Below are positions 34,037-45,212 of a stretch of DNA of 64,000 bases, piece after piece. Source of the DNA: Minutocellus sp. GHC0000111 (Eukaryota); contig OZ361257.1 of assembly GCA_977018835.1 (NCBI GenBank), positions 2,046,001 to 2,110,000 on the forward strand, written 5' to 3'. Each line of letters begins with the position of its first letter. The stretch's first letter is position 1. The position numbers were made by a program, and so were the translations under genes. Below the pieces are notes generated by a model. The model was not told where the DNA came from. It did no database searches and saw only the letters and a program-made list of their open reading frames with translations.

Positions 34037-35488
34037 TGGTAATCCCTCCCAACTTGCGGCTTTCAGCGTCGATGAGCCCAACTTTCTTTGCACTCTCAAT
34101 CCAATATTTCGAAAAAGAGAAAGGGGAAAAGAAGCCAACCGCATCAAATCGCATCGTGTCGCCGCATACCTCCGATGCACCCTCGAGCAATGACAATTCG
34201 CCAGTGCCGATCAGCAGCAAAAGTAGCCACAAGGTGCCCCCGGCGACGGCTCCACATGCGAACCATGCTGCAGTACCACCTCCGCCTCCTCCACCAGGAC
34301 ATTATCCACCGTATCATCACTACTACCCGTACCCACCTTCGATGCCACCACCTGGCCCGGGCAATCATTCCGCTGCTCATGGCAATTATCATCATCAGTA
34401 TGGTGCTGGTCCTCCTCCATCGCCTCCTCAATTCCCTCCATCATCCTCGCAGCGCAAGAATATTCCGGGCGCCGTTCTAGCGCCGTCCAATTCTGGACCA
34501 GCGGGTAATCCAGTACTTTGGAAAGCACCTGTTCGTACCACTGCTGATGTTGCTGCTCCTGTTACTACTCCCAAGGCTCCAAAGGAAGAAGTTAAAGTTC
34601 CAAGTATATTCAAAGTGAGCGAAAAACGCCAAAGTCAGTGGTGAAAGTGGTTGCCGAAAAGAAGAACACCACCGATTCGACACAGAGAATCACCAACCTA
34701 TCGACGAACACGCATGACAGGTGTGTCCCACTGCCACCTCCAATCCCTTCCCATTTCTACGGGTAAGTACAAAGTTGTAAACCTGATGACTTGTGATATC
34801 AGCGAAGAATTCGATATCTAACTCTCCTTTTCTGCTCCCCTCCCTACACTACTTCAATTACAGCGACCTCGAAAAGGAAAAGAATGTAGAGATTCCAGAA
34901 TTTCATCAAATCATCAACTATCCGGAATACTCCATCAAGAGCCGCAGTCGATCGTCAACGCCCGTGCCAGGAACCCTTTCGATGCCCAAGTCAGGACTTC
35001 ATAACTGTGTAATGTGCGCCGAAAAGAGACCGGCTACTCCTGAAACCATTGCGGCCGCCATGTCCGACGCACCCAACAAGAAAAATCCACCTCCAGTCAT
35101 TCCTACACAAAATAAGGGTCTATGTACGGCATGCGATGTTGTTGTGTGGGTTATCCAGGCCACCGGGAAGAATATCAAGTGGTGCAAGGGATGTAAGAAT
35201 TTTCGCAATTGGGCGGCCTTTGGTGAGAAAGGCTCGGCTACCAAGTGCGAAAAGTGCCGTACTAGACACCGGGCCAAGTACTTGGAGCAAAGGGACGAGC
35301 TCAAGGAGAAACGAAAGAGCGTGTCTGCGGGAGTGGATGGGAATGAAGGGAAAATGAAGTCAGCCAAGAAACGGAGGGTCGACAAAACACTAGGAGGATC
35401 GATTCTACAGACGGTCAAGTCAGAAGATGAGGCATTGAATGCCGCCATCGGGCTTAGCCAGCTGTTTTCTTCTCCTACTCAGCAATAA
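34036..35488 (+). CDS. Putative transcription factor: Pro/His-rich N-terminus and a Cys-rich zinc finger loosely resembling SBP
   Basis: CVMC...NKGLCTACD...IKWCKGCKNFR.WAAFG.KG.ATKC.KCR; intron 34763-34863 (GTAAGT...ACAG); frameshift near 34620-34640; start codon uncertain. Confidence 0.65.
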
Positions 35489-35631
35489 TAATACTTGAAA
35501 TGACATTGATAAAACCCACATGAAAATTAATATAGTATCTATTAATAGAGAACTGAACGGAATAGTCCTAAATCATCAAACTTCTTGACCGCTCGAGATT
35601 CGAGATTTTCCAATTCATTTGAGCCTCAACT

Positions 35632-36318
35632 TCAAATTGTATTCCTGAATATCAACCAAATCCAGACCGAGGCGATTGAAGTATTCCTTACCGGGGGGAT
35701 CATCAATTTGTCCGTTGCATGAATTCCAAACCCTATTGAGATCCTGTTGGTCGCCTTCGTCTTCCCCCAGCATAATGTGTAGCGGGAAATGCTGGTTTCG
35801 TTCTGAGAAATATCAGAATTGCTTAAACATGCCTTTCGCCTAATGCTTGAATGGAGAGTCGATTGTGCGAGATAAGCATAAACTTCCATCGCCAGATCCA
35901 ACCAGTCTCGTCTACTTTCCATTTGCTGAATTTCATCCAAAATGGAATCCATTTCTTCTTTGAGACCTTGGTAGCATTTGAACATTGCCCTTGAGCATAG
36001 ATCAATTTTTCCCTGAGCGTCATACTCTACTACATTCACATCTTGAACTTCAATATTGTAGTACCCCAAATCTTCGAGAACTGCCTCTTTGTTGATTGTA
36101 ATCGGGAGGCGAGTCTTGCCATCTCTTAGATAGCTTAGGCAGTACTTGAAATGTTCTCCATCTCGTTCAATGAAGATTTCGGCCTCGGGGTCATCATGCC
36201 ACTGATCACTCGCCATCCGGACGAGCATGGTGTTAGGATGGCCATCCACAAGTGACTTCGCCACCTCGTACCTCGTTCCGCCGACACTGAACTTGACTAC
36301 TTTGGTCTTATCATCCAT
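35632..36318 (-). CDS. BTB/POZ (KCTD / potassium-channel tetramerisation-type) domain protein
   Basis: VKFSVGGTRYEV...PNTML...IFIERDGEHFKYCLSYLRDGK. The C-terminus may be frameshifted. Confidence 0.9.
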   Translation of the reverse strand: MDDKTKVVKFSVGGTRYEVAKSLVDGHPNTMLVRMASDQWHDDPEAEIFIERDGEHFKYCLSYLRDGKTRLPITINKEAVLEDLGYYNIEVQDVNVVEYDAQGKIDLCSRAMFKCYQGLKEEMDSILDEIQQMESRRDWLDLAMEVYAYLAQSTLHSSIRRKACLSNSDISQNETSISRYTLCWGKTKATNRISIGFGIHATDKLMIPPVRNTSIASVWIWLIFRNTI

Positions 36319-36638
36319 GCTTCTAGCATATCTTGATTAGATAAATGTGGTATGAACGAACGCCGGGATTTGTGGAGGGTCGATCGAGATCAAATCATCA
36401 AGATAAAATCATCGGGATCACATCTAATCTGTCGATACTTGTCGAACATGAAGATACGAGCAAAATTTAACACAACGTGCACCTCTTTCTTTCTACAAAG
36501 GGGGGTTTTATTTTATTTACTTTCAAATCAGCCCAAGATTAGATGCTCGTCCTCGCGCATTGCATTTTCTGTTGAATGATATTCCCAGAATATAATGTAT
36601 TCGAAACACGAACGGGAGACGATAGCAGAGCATCCAGC

Positions 36639-37372
36639 TTAGAGGCCGAGCTTGGTACGGCGCCAGTGTCTGCGCTTGGCGTTGTACTTGACGGTGTTGT
36701 CGGTACGGAGACGGATCCACTGGGGAAGGGGGCGGTTTTGCCTCTGCTTCTTGGCAAGAGTGCGCTTGGTGCGGAAGGTCTTTTGGGAAGGCTGTTTGTT
36801 GGAAAATGGGAGATGGAAAGGGGATGAGGGACGAATAAGTTAGAAGAGATGCTTTGAAGAACCACACATGAAAAATCTGAGCGTCACGCCGTCGATCCCT
36901 CAAAGCCAGCAAAATCCACGGGTGTATAATTGGCGATTCCACTGGCTTGGTCAAAGCGATGCAAGGGCAAGTCCTCCTCCAGCGCACCGACCACATCCAC
37001 CAGCCGCATTTCCGGGACCAACATGCGGGAGGTGCCAGAGAAGAGTGAACGTTCCATGTTCCCACCCGAAATGGACCGACCAGCAGTGGCCATACCAGCA
37101 AAATGCGTCGGCTGATACTGCTGCCACCTTGCGGTCCTAACGCTTGGCGGAAGGGCCCCCTTTGTTCAGGACGCCGCCGCACTGCCCAGACGCACTACCG
37201 GTCACTGGAACCGGAAGTCTCCGTTTGTCGGCGGTGGTCATCTCCCATCGACGCCACCAATCGCCGTCGCCACCCAAACCGCTAGCACCAACCACGCCAC
37301 TAACAATTATGCAACGCCGTTCAACATTATTTTGGATCGGCAACACCGCTCCTCCGCATGGAAACGCACCAT
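36639..37372 (-). CDS. RPL39: 60S ribosomal protein L39 (eL39): ATG-only exon 1 (37370-37372) and exon 2 (36639-36791)
   Basis: Exon 2 reads [50 protein letters not shown], with acceptor AAACAG. The exon 1 position is inferred from CAACCATG|GTGCGT. Confidence 0.93.
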
Positions 37373-38726
37373 GGTTGCAAATGGACGACTCAAGTAACGA
37401 AAGTGAGGGAAGGGGTGGGATGAATTTTAGTAAAGAGTAAAGAGCTGATAACCTATTTATTCCTCCGGGTTTTCCTCACCACCGCAGTCGAATAAGTCAC
37501 ATTTGCAGCTTGACTTGTGCCACTTTTGCAAAACGCCTTCTCCGGAATTCGAATGTCGGGCAGCATCCTCCTTTGTTTTGTGCCGACGTTGCTTCTCTAA
37601 CCCCGTGCGAACGAGGGGAGAGGTCTCGGACGTGTGGGATGCGCCGCTTGCTCACGCTCGCCGGCCGTATCTTGCACAAGACGTGGGATTTCCGTTGGTC
37701 GTGCCCATGCTTCCACCTAGCTAGCAGCAGTGGCAGCAGCAGTGGAAAACGCATGAATGAGGGCGGCGGACGGGAGTCCAAGAGGAACCGGAGCGGAGGA
37801 TGCTACGAAAGGGATGCGCCTGGTGTTGTGTGACATTCGCAACGGACGCAACGGACCTAGCTTCGGCAACAGTTGATCGGTGCTCTCTGCAATAAAGCTA
37901 GCCATCAAAGAGAGGACAGGAGGAGGATCAAAGAAGAATGAAAGATAGATGTGAAGAACAGTTGTTCTCAAACAAAGAAGGCGTGGCAACAATTGCAACG
38001 CATGGGGACCCGGAACTAAGTCCGGCGAGGAAACATCTGGTAGAAGCGCAAACGCTTGTACCCAACACCCGAGGATGGGGCCGCAGCTGGCGCGACCGAA
38101 CATCATCATCATCATCATTGTTCTTCGCAGTGTCAACAAACTTGGCGAGGCATGACAAATGCACGTAGCTAGATGTCCCACGGCATGCGCATTGTCGATA
38201 AAGACGCTCGGGCTCTTTCCAGTCATCACTCTCTGGTTGCTTTCATCCGCTTCATTGTTTTTCTCTCCTACCTAGCTCGCCATCGAGAGGCGCATGCATG
38301 TCCAACATGTTGCATCGTCCGGCGCCTTCTCCAGCAGCGCTCCAGCGAAGAAGAGGGATTCAGCCACATGTATTCCATTCTAGCTGCTTTCTTTTCTCGT
38401 GGGCCAACCACTTAATGTGAACCGTCCTCTGTTTGCTCTCATCCTTTGACACCTCCGCTCGGGCGCCGTAGGCGATGATGGCCACCGTGCGAACCCACCT
38501 CGCTCAACGGTTCGCATACGCGGACGTTTGGCGTGCCTTCCTTTACAAGACTTCTGCCCCGTCGCGTTCCCAACGCACCGGCAATCAATACTCACAACAT
38601 CTTCCACGCAACACCCTTCGTGCCAGTTAAGAGTATCCATCGTTTATTAGGAGGCCCTGATTTCACAACACCCAACCTTGTGCTGTTTTCTACCTCAACT
38701 AAGAACACGAAAAGTAGAAAAAAATC

Positions 38727-39467
38727 ATGACCGACTCCACCACCGAAGCGCCAAAGTCGCCCAAAGAAAGGGCCGTCGAAGCCGGAACATATGTCAAGGA
38801 CACGGCCAGCAAGATAATCCATCAGGCCGAGAAGGGCCCGCTGCCTCTCCGCGTCGTGGCATTCCTCGGTGGCGTGGCCATGATCGCTGCCTCCATCATC
38901 GATGCCCTCAGAGGGGTCTGGCATGGAGATGTGATTCACATCATGGTTTCGGTCTATGTTTGCATTTTCGGCGCCATCATCTGCATCCTGGAGGGTGCCG
39001 AATTCTTGCCCTCATGGGTCATCACCATCCAGGCCACCCTTCACGATCAGGCCCGTTTCCTCCGATTCCGATGGGGACGCGGCGTCCTCTTCTTCTTTGC
39101 CGGGTCGCTCCAGTTCTCTCACTGGTCTGTACTGAATACCATCGTCGGTGGCATCATGATGGTTCTGGGTCTTATTTCCATCGGCACTGGCCGGAGAGCA
39201 GCCGATAAACTTGGCCAACTGCGCAAGTCGATTCCCGATGAGAATGCCCTGCAGCGAAACTTTACTGCGCATGATTCTTTGAATGGATTCCTCAGTCTGC
39301 ACGACTTCATGACCATGGTGGGATCTCTCGGTTTGGAATTTGGACCGAACGAAACGGAGGCAGCATTTGCGGCAATCGATAAGGACAACGATGGTCAGAT
39401 TAGCTACGAAGACTTCAAGATGTGGTGGTATGAGGAGATAGAGGGCGCGCCGGAGAGGTATGCTTAG
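38727..39467 (+). CDS. COPI-associated/TVP15-like membrane protein with C-terminal EF-hands
   Basis: YVCIFGAIICILE...FLRFRWGRGVLFFFAGSL; EF-hand loop DKDNDGQISYEDF. Confidence 0.85.
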   Translation: MTDSTTEAPKSPKERAVEAGTYVKDTASKIIHQAEKGPLPLRVVAFLGGVAMIAASIIDALRGVWHGDVIHIMVSVYVCIFGAIICILEGAEFLPSWVITIQATLHDQARFLRFRWGRGVLFFFAGSLQFSHWSVLNTIVGGIMMVLGLISIGTGRRAADKLGQLRKSIPDENALQRNFTAHDSLNGFLSLHDFMTMVGSLGLEFGPNETEAAFAAIDKDNDGQISYEDFKMWWYEEIEGAPERYA

Positions 39468-40010
39468 AATTTGTGGGTAGGAGCAGAAAAATGAATGCCG
39501 TTCGCAGGCAAACGAAAGAACGTAGTAGACGATAATATATATGTGTAATAGAAGTGATTTGATGTTTGAAAATGCTACTAAGAATTCCTACGCAATGCGA
39601 AAAAACGTGTTTTGATGTTCTATCCGTTCAAAATATGACCAATGAAGCTCACCACACTGGAACACACATCACTTCTTCTATTTCCATCTCCATCCACCTC
39701 TCTCCTTAGCTGATCCTACCTCCTGACTTATACTAATCTTGGTGGCTGCCGTCCTTTGCACCCCCAGGTGCCTATTAGCAATCTTGGTTGCAGTGACTAT
39801 TGAAATTTCTTCTTTCTGCTTTCGTTCGCCATTCGTTGTACCGCTGACATGGGGGAAACCGGTATCGCCAAGAATTCTTTTTGATATCTTCTCCTTTTCC
39901 CTTTCCTTCTTGCCCATATTGCCGAGCCCGATGTTGCACATAAATATGCCATAATTCATGCGCACGAACAATTTTACTTTTTTCGTTTATACATTATCAA
40001 GTAACACATC

Positions 40011-40982
40011 TCAAAGCTTCTTGGACATGATGCTACGTCCGTTGGTCCATTGGCCGTACTTGGGCATGGCAGTGCTGGGATTGCCAATACTTTCAATGTC
40101 AAATCCCAGACTCTTGTACAGATTGATCGCGGCGGTGTTGGTATCATCGACCACCAACGTCACCAATTCGGCGGGAGTCTCCTTATCGGCATAGTCCACC
40201 ACAGCCTCGACCAACTCCCGAGCAATGCCCATCCGCCGGCATTTCTGATCCACGGCAAGGTTGCGAATGTGGATGTGGGGAGGGAGCTCACCAAAGGTCT
40301 TGACGTTCTTGCTTTCCTCGCAGTTGCGCAACTGGCAGTCGATGGCGGCGACGATGCCGTTGGTTTGGCGGAATCGGCCACCGTAGGCAGTGTCCGAGTT
40401 GTCAATTCGAGCGGCAAAGCCGACATCCTGGCGTGCCATCAATCCCTCCACAAAATCGACCTTCAATCTGTTCGCTGCATCTTCCATCGTACTGACGTAC
40501 ACATTGCGGCCAGAGAGAGAATTCCAAGCCAGCAGACTTCCCATGATACCGCCGAGAACTCCAGTGTTCTTCAAAGCCTCCTGCAAATCACCACCACCGT
40601 AACCAACACTACCAGTATAAGTAACCACGCCGTATCCAACGCCGAGCGCCAATCCGGTCAGACCACCCCTCACGGCGGCACCGGTATTGTCCTGCGCGTC
40701 ACGCTTGGCCTGCTGCTTCTCAATAACCCCGGCAGGTCCGACACGGTTGTTCCGGTACGCCGCGACGTCCATGATGGCATCGTCCGTGTCGAGCTTGGAG
40801 ACGGTCCAGATTTTTTCAATAGGGGCCGTGGACTTCTTAGCGCCGGGCGCATCGACGTCGGCGATGAACAGAGCGGTGCTGGAAGAACGGCCCACGGCGG
40901 AAGTGGGAGCGGTGAAGGCAGTTGCCTCGTGCGAAACGACGGCCAGGACGGCCGCGAGGATAACTGCTGATCGGACGAGCAT
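40011..40982 (-). CDS. GNAT-family acetyltransferase with a plastid-type presequence
   Basis: Signal peptide + ATA-FTAP; HIRNLAVDQKCRRMGIARELV...LVVDDTNTAAINLYKSLGF. Confidence 0.9.
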   Translation of the reverse strand: MLVRSAVILAAVLAVVSHEATAFTAPTSAVGRSSSTALFIADVDAPGAKKSTAPIEKIWTVSKLDTDDAIMDVAAYRNNRVGPAGVIEKQQAKRDAQDNTGAAVRGGLTGLALGVGYGVVTYTGSVGYGGGDLQEALKNTGVLGGIMGSLLAWNSLSGRNVYVSTMEDAANRLKVDFVEGLMARQDVGFAARIDNSDTAYGGRFRQTNGIVAAIDCQLRNCEESKNVKTFGELPPHIHIRNLAVDQKCRRMGIARELVEAVVDYADKETPAELVTLVVDDTNTAAINLYKSLGFDIESIGNPSTAMPKYGQWTNGRSIMSKKL

Positions 40983-41263
40983 GGTGAGAAGGATTGCAAA
41001 GGCAGAAAAGGTAATGTGATGAAACGGGGAGCGAGGCGCAACTTCAACTACTGAGTCAAGCTGTCCAGTAAACGCGGATGCGTCGTTTTATCTTGGCATG
41101 AGTTTTTATTGTCCTGAGTTTACTATGCGCAACTTCGCAAAATATTTTTATGAATTTCCGAGCTAATTAACTGGAAAGCTAAATATCGGCTTTCTCACGC
41201 ACGCACCACTTTTCGGGAAGAAGAACACATCTTGTGTTGGTTTTGAAAGATACCCAACCAACC

Positions 41264-42345
41264 ATGAGATCCCCCGCCCCCGTTCTAGCTGCCGCTCTCC
41301 TGGCCACCTCAGCGACGGCCTTTGCACCTCCTTCTCCCCAAATCACCACCACCACCACTGCCACTGCGACGACCCGCTCCACAACTCAAATTGCCGCCGA
41401 TGTAGGCGCCGGCGAAATCGCCAAGTCGATCGGCATCCCCCTCTTGTTTGGTGGTGGTCTCATCCCCGCTGCCATTATTGCCAACAAGAGCATGGCGGGC
41501 ACGTTGATGAAGAAGCGACCGGAGAAGCCCAATCTTACCGAGGAGGAGAAGAAGACGTATTTGGATCCTACTTTCGGACAAGGTGTGTAATGCATGTTTC
41601 GTTTCGCGTCGGCTTCACCTCCTTCTACATTTCTGTCACAAGAAAATTCATTCTCATTCTCACCAAACATTTCACTTCCTCACCAATTGTAGCGGACTAT
41701 ATTGAAGCGAGTGGCGCGACGGGTAAGAATCTGCCGGGAAGTGGTTTGCTGTTTGCTCCTGAGGCCATCCCCCTTGCGGATATCGTTGCCATTGTGGGTC
41801 GGATGAATGGCGACGTCGGATCGGTAGCCGACTGGTCCAACCTGCCCAGTACCAAGCTGCCCAATGTCAGCCAGACCAATCCGCCCATGTGGTTGCCCCG
41901 GGCCACCTTCAAGGCCAACATTCGCAAGGCCAAGTTCCAGGGCTGGCCGGTAGATGACAAGGGCCGACCAATCGGTGGGGAAGAGCTCAAGGCTGCCGAG
42001 GAGGCACGTGTGTCCAAGCAGGGCGCTCTGATTAGCGATGCCGCGTTGGATGCTGTCTTTGATACCTGGGCGTGGGGCGCCAACATTGCCACTCCGGACA
42101 AAGTTGGCAGCCAGCTGCGGAGTTGGAGGCCCGATGGTCAAAATTTTAATCAGTTGTCATTTACGGCCGCTGCCGTCAGTGGTAGGGCTTTGGTGGGCAT
42201 TGCGGCCCTTTCCTTTGTGATAATCCAAGTCGTGGCGTATGGAACTCTGTTCATCGCGCCGGCCCTTCGGGTGTTTGCCAATATTGATATTGGATTTGGC
42301 GAGGCCGGCACATGCGACCCAACCTTGTGCACCAAGTTGTTTTAA
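41264..42345 (+). CDS. Plastid-targeted membrane protein of unknown function, 2 exons
   Basis: Signal + ATA-FAPP; intron 41583-41692 keeps frame; N- and C-terminal hydrophobic segments; divergent from the GNAT gene across ~280 bp. Confidence 0.75.
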
Positions 42346-42519
42346 ATTTTGATCTGTGAACACATGGCATTGAGATGTGCGCTTTCGACCACAAATAATT
42401 ATGGTATTTTGATTGAGTCCATCCTGCACACTCCGGTGTGTTTTGCCTGACGGCAAATGCCATGTTTTGTATTGATTCTATCGCTATGTGTACCTGCAAG
42501 TACATGACCAAGAACTCGA

Positions 42520-43227
42520 TCATCCATAACGGCGGGCAAGAGCACCCTCAAGACCAGCCAATAGCTTGGCCCAAAGCTCGCTGCCACCCACGAGATTCTG
42601 CAGTTCCTTCCTTTTCTCTTCACCACCAGCCTCAAGCTGCTTTTCCAATTCCTGATGCTCCTCGCCCTGCCCGGGAACGTCCACCCTGGTCTTGTAGATC
42701 TGCTCTCCCGTGTACCGAAGGCTCCGTCCTCCCATCATGGCCTGGAAGACATTCTCCCCACCCCACCGTTCCTTGGCATCAGACTTTTCAAATGCAAAGA
42801 CGATGTGCTTGGGTGCGACGGCGAAAAAGCTCGACCAACTCCATCCCGAAGGGGGAATCACCCCAACCCGTTCGGCCAGGACGCAAAAGGCCAGGAAGAC
42901 ATCTCCGAGGGACCGTGCGGTGGCCTCCGGATCGTACGGCCCGTGCAGATACCCTCCGCCCCAGGAGTAGTCGTCGTCGCACCGCATCTAATAGCAGTTG
43001 CACAGCCACTCGTACTGGTCGGCCGTGGAGAGACCATCGGCCCAGGCAGACGGCGAGGGCTCGGCACCCCCCATCATCCCACCGATGCCGGGAATGCCCG
43101 CCGCCATTGCCTGCGCGGCGGACGGTGCGGATCCTTTTCCGCCATGTTGGGCTCTTGCTCCCTGCTGACGGCTTTGACATGTGCTGGCATCGCGTCCGGA
43201 ACGCTGTCTTCGGCTCTTCTTGCCCAT
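42520..43227 (-). pseudogene. Conserved hypothetical protein (MGKKSRR... start) interrupted by an in-frame TAG at 42988-42990
   Basis: Two abutting same-frame ORFs read YEWLCNCY*MRCDDDYSWGGGYLHGPY...FAFEKSDAKERWGGEN...SLR. Confidence 0.65.
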
Positions 43228-43706
43228 CCTGGCGGCGATTTGATCGCAAAATGCAGTGGGCCTTGCCAGGAATGGGATGAAATGGCTGATGCTGAAGCTG
43301 ATCTTTCGACGACTTTCCAGCAGTCGATCGTTGCTTGGCGCTTATGAAGATCGAGTACGTACATTACATGTACTATCAAGTACGTACGTACATAGGATGA
43401 GAACCGCGGCGCCATCTCCATCTGCCTTGATTGCGTCATGCGTCATCCGCGGCCGGCCAAACAGTCAAAGCAGAGCAAAGCACAGTCTCTCAATTCCCAT
43501 GGACATTGTTTCGTTAGTTACATGTATTCGATTCTACACCGGCTAGCCTACTAGAATTCCTATTCTGTTTGATATCGGGCTGGACTGGGCTGGAATCAGG
43601 TGATCACCTGCTGGAACAGGACCTAACGCGCCCGCGATTGATCCATCGTTTCCTTCGCCTCTTGAACGTATCTTTTTCGCCCTGTTTTTCATTGTGTTAT
43701 GAAAAC

Positions 43707-45020
43707 ATGGCCTCAGCATCTGTCCATGAAGATGGCCCAAACCGGCAAGTAGCCCGATCATCCTCGACTGCCACTGTCAGTACCAGAGCCGTTGCCAACC
43801 ACAGGAAGCACTTTCCTCAAATTCTCATGGAAGTCCTCAATCTCACCTCGTCAGACCCCAGCATTTCCGAAATCTTGGCCTGGAACGACGACGGCACATC
43901 GTTCCGCATACTCTCCCGTCAGGGCCTCGAAGAGATTGTCATGCCACAATACTTTGCCCCATTACCCGGCAACAAATCGTCGTCCTCGCCCAAATATGCC
44001 AGCTTCACTCGCAAGTTGAATCGATGGGGATTCCGCCGTATCACAACCAAGGGTCCAGACATGGGCAACTTCCAGCATTATCAATTTCGAAGGGACGAAC
44101 CGGAGCTGATCGCTTTGATGGAATGCACGAAGCGCAGGTATGGCAGTCGCACAGAAGAAGATCCGCATGGAATATCATCTTCTGTCGGTGGCGCGGCAGC
44201 TGCGTCTTCTCATCCTTCTGCTTCTTGGGGATCAAGTTATTCTGGTACTTCTAGTATGGGCACTTTTGGGGCTCCGGGATATATGCATACGCATGCACCT
44301 CCTCCTCACACTGAATACGCCAACATGAATGGTAGAGTTACTGGTGCAGCAGGACTAGCATTTGCTGGACACGTGATTTCGGGATCGGGGCAAACCTACT
44401 CAAATCATCATTATCCCAGTCATCACTATGCCATTGGTAACAATCGAGCAGCCATGGCTCCTGCCGAGGCCTATAACTGGAATTCTGCTGGGATACCGGG
44501 AAGTAGTCGCCCTCCACCAAATTCTAATTTCTTCGGGTCTGCCAGTAGGAATGATGCTGCATCTATCGGTGGTGGAATTGCTGGTGCCGGGGACTCGGCC
44601 ATGCATCAGCAGCAGCCACCACCTCCAATGATGGCCTATCAGCAGGCAGCAGTATCTAGTGTGAGTCCAGGGCAGCAGCAGCTCGTCAATGACGTCGATC
44701 AGCACACATCACTGAACCCAGCCTATCTCTCCAACCTCGAGATCATGGCCTTGGCGCGAAGGGATCGGGCGCTTATACAGTATCGAAATGCCGCCGGTAT
44801 CCGGCTAGATCCGCCTCGCGTCTCGCAAGCAAGACAAGGAGGAGGAGGAGAGAAGGAGGACCAACATGAGCAAGCTGGAGAAGCCCCGGTTCATGAAAAG
44901 GAGGGCACGGAACGTTTGCATGAACCGAGGATAGAAAGTTCCGCTGGGGCTGCATCGGCAACGACAACTCCTTCGTCGGAAGAGAGCGGAACAAAATACG
45001 AGGAGGTAACTAAAGAGTAA
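43707..45020 (+). CDS. Heat-shock-factor (HSF) DNA-binding domain transcription factor
   Basis: FPQILMEVL...ILAWNDDGTSFRI...VMPQYF...KYASFTRKLNRWGFRR...F.H..FRRDEPEL. Confidence 0.95.
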   Translation: MASASVHEDGPNRQVARSSSTATVSTRAVANHRKHFPQILMEVLNLTSSDPSISEILAWNDDGTSFRILSRQGLEEIVMPQYFAPLPGNKSSSSPKYASFTRKLNRWGFRRITTKGPDMGNFQHYQFRRDEPELIALMECTKRRYGSRTEEDPHGISSSVGGAAAASSHPSASWGSSYSGTSSMGTFGAPGYMHTHAPPPHTEYANMNGRVTGAAGLAFAGHVISGSGQTYSNHHYPSHHYAIGNNRAAMAPAEAYNWNSAGIPGSSRPPPNSNFFGSASRNDAASIGGGIAGAGDSAMHQQQPPPPMMAYQQAAVSSVSPGQQQLVNDVDQHTSLNPAYLSNLEIMALARRDRALIQYRNAAGIRLDPPRVSQARQGGGGEKEDQHEQAGEAPVHEKEGTERLHEPRIESSAGAASATTTPSSEESGTKYEEVTKE

Positions 45021-45212
45021 CCATAATGATATGGTCTTTTTGCGATTGGGATGCTATTGAGAATATGCTATTGGCCCGCCTTTTAGTGATAGAGAGTGAC
45101 ATAAATTATAGCAATAGACCAGTCCGCTTCGTTCTAAAGTAAATTTACATGTAGCAATTAGATCTTTATAATCTCCTCTTCGGTCTTGTCTTCCTTTCCC
45201 GAACCATTATTT

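Noticed and set aside
37450..38650. Possible gene in the 1.2-kb gap between RPL39 and the COPI-associated gene
   Set aside because: Only short ORFs without coding-like features and a short (CAT)n run are present, so it cannot be supported.
28542..42990. Genome-wide stop-codon reassignment explaining the in-frame TGA and TAG
   Set aside because: TGA and TAG both terminate well-supported genes here (TGA at 13723 and 26619; TAG at 6893 and 39467).
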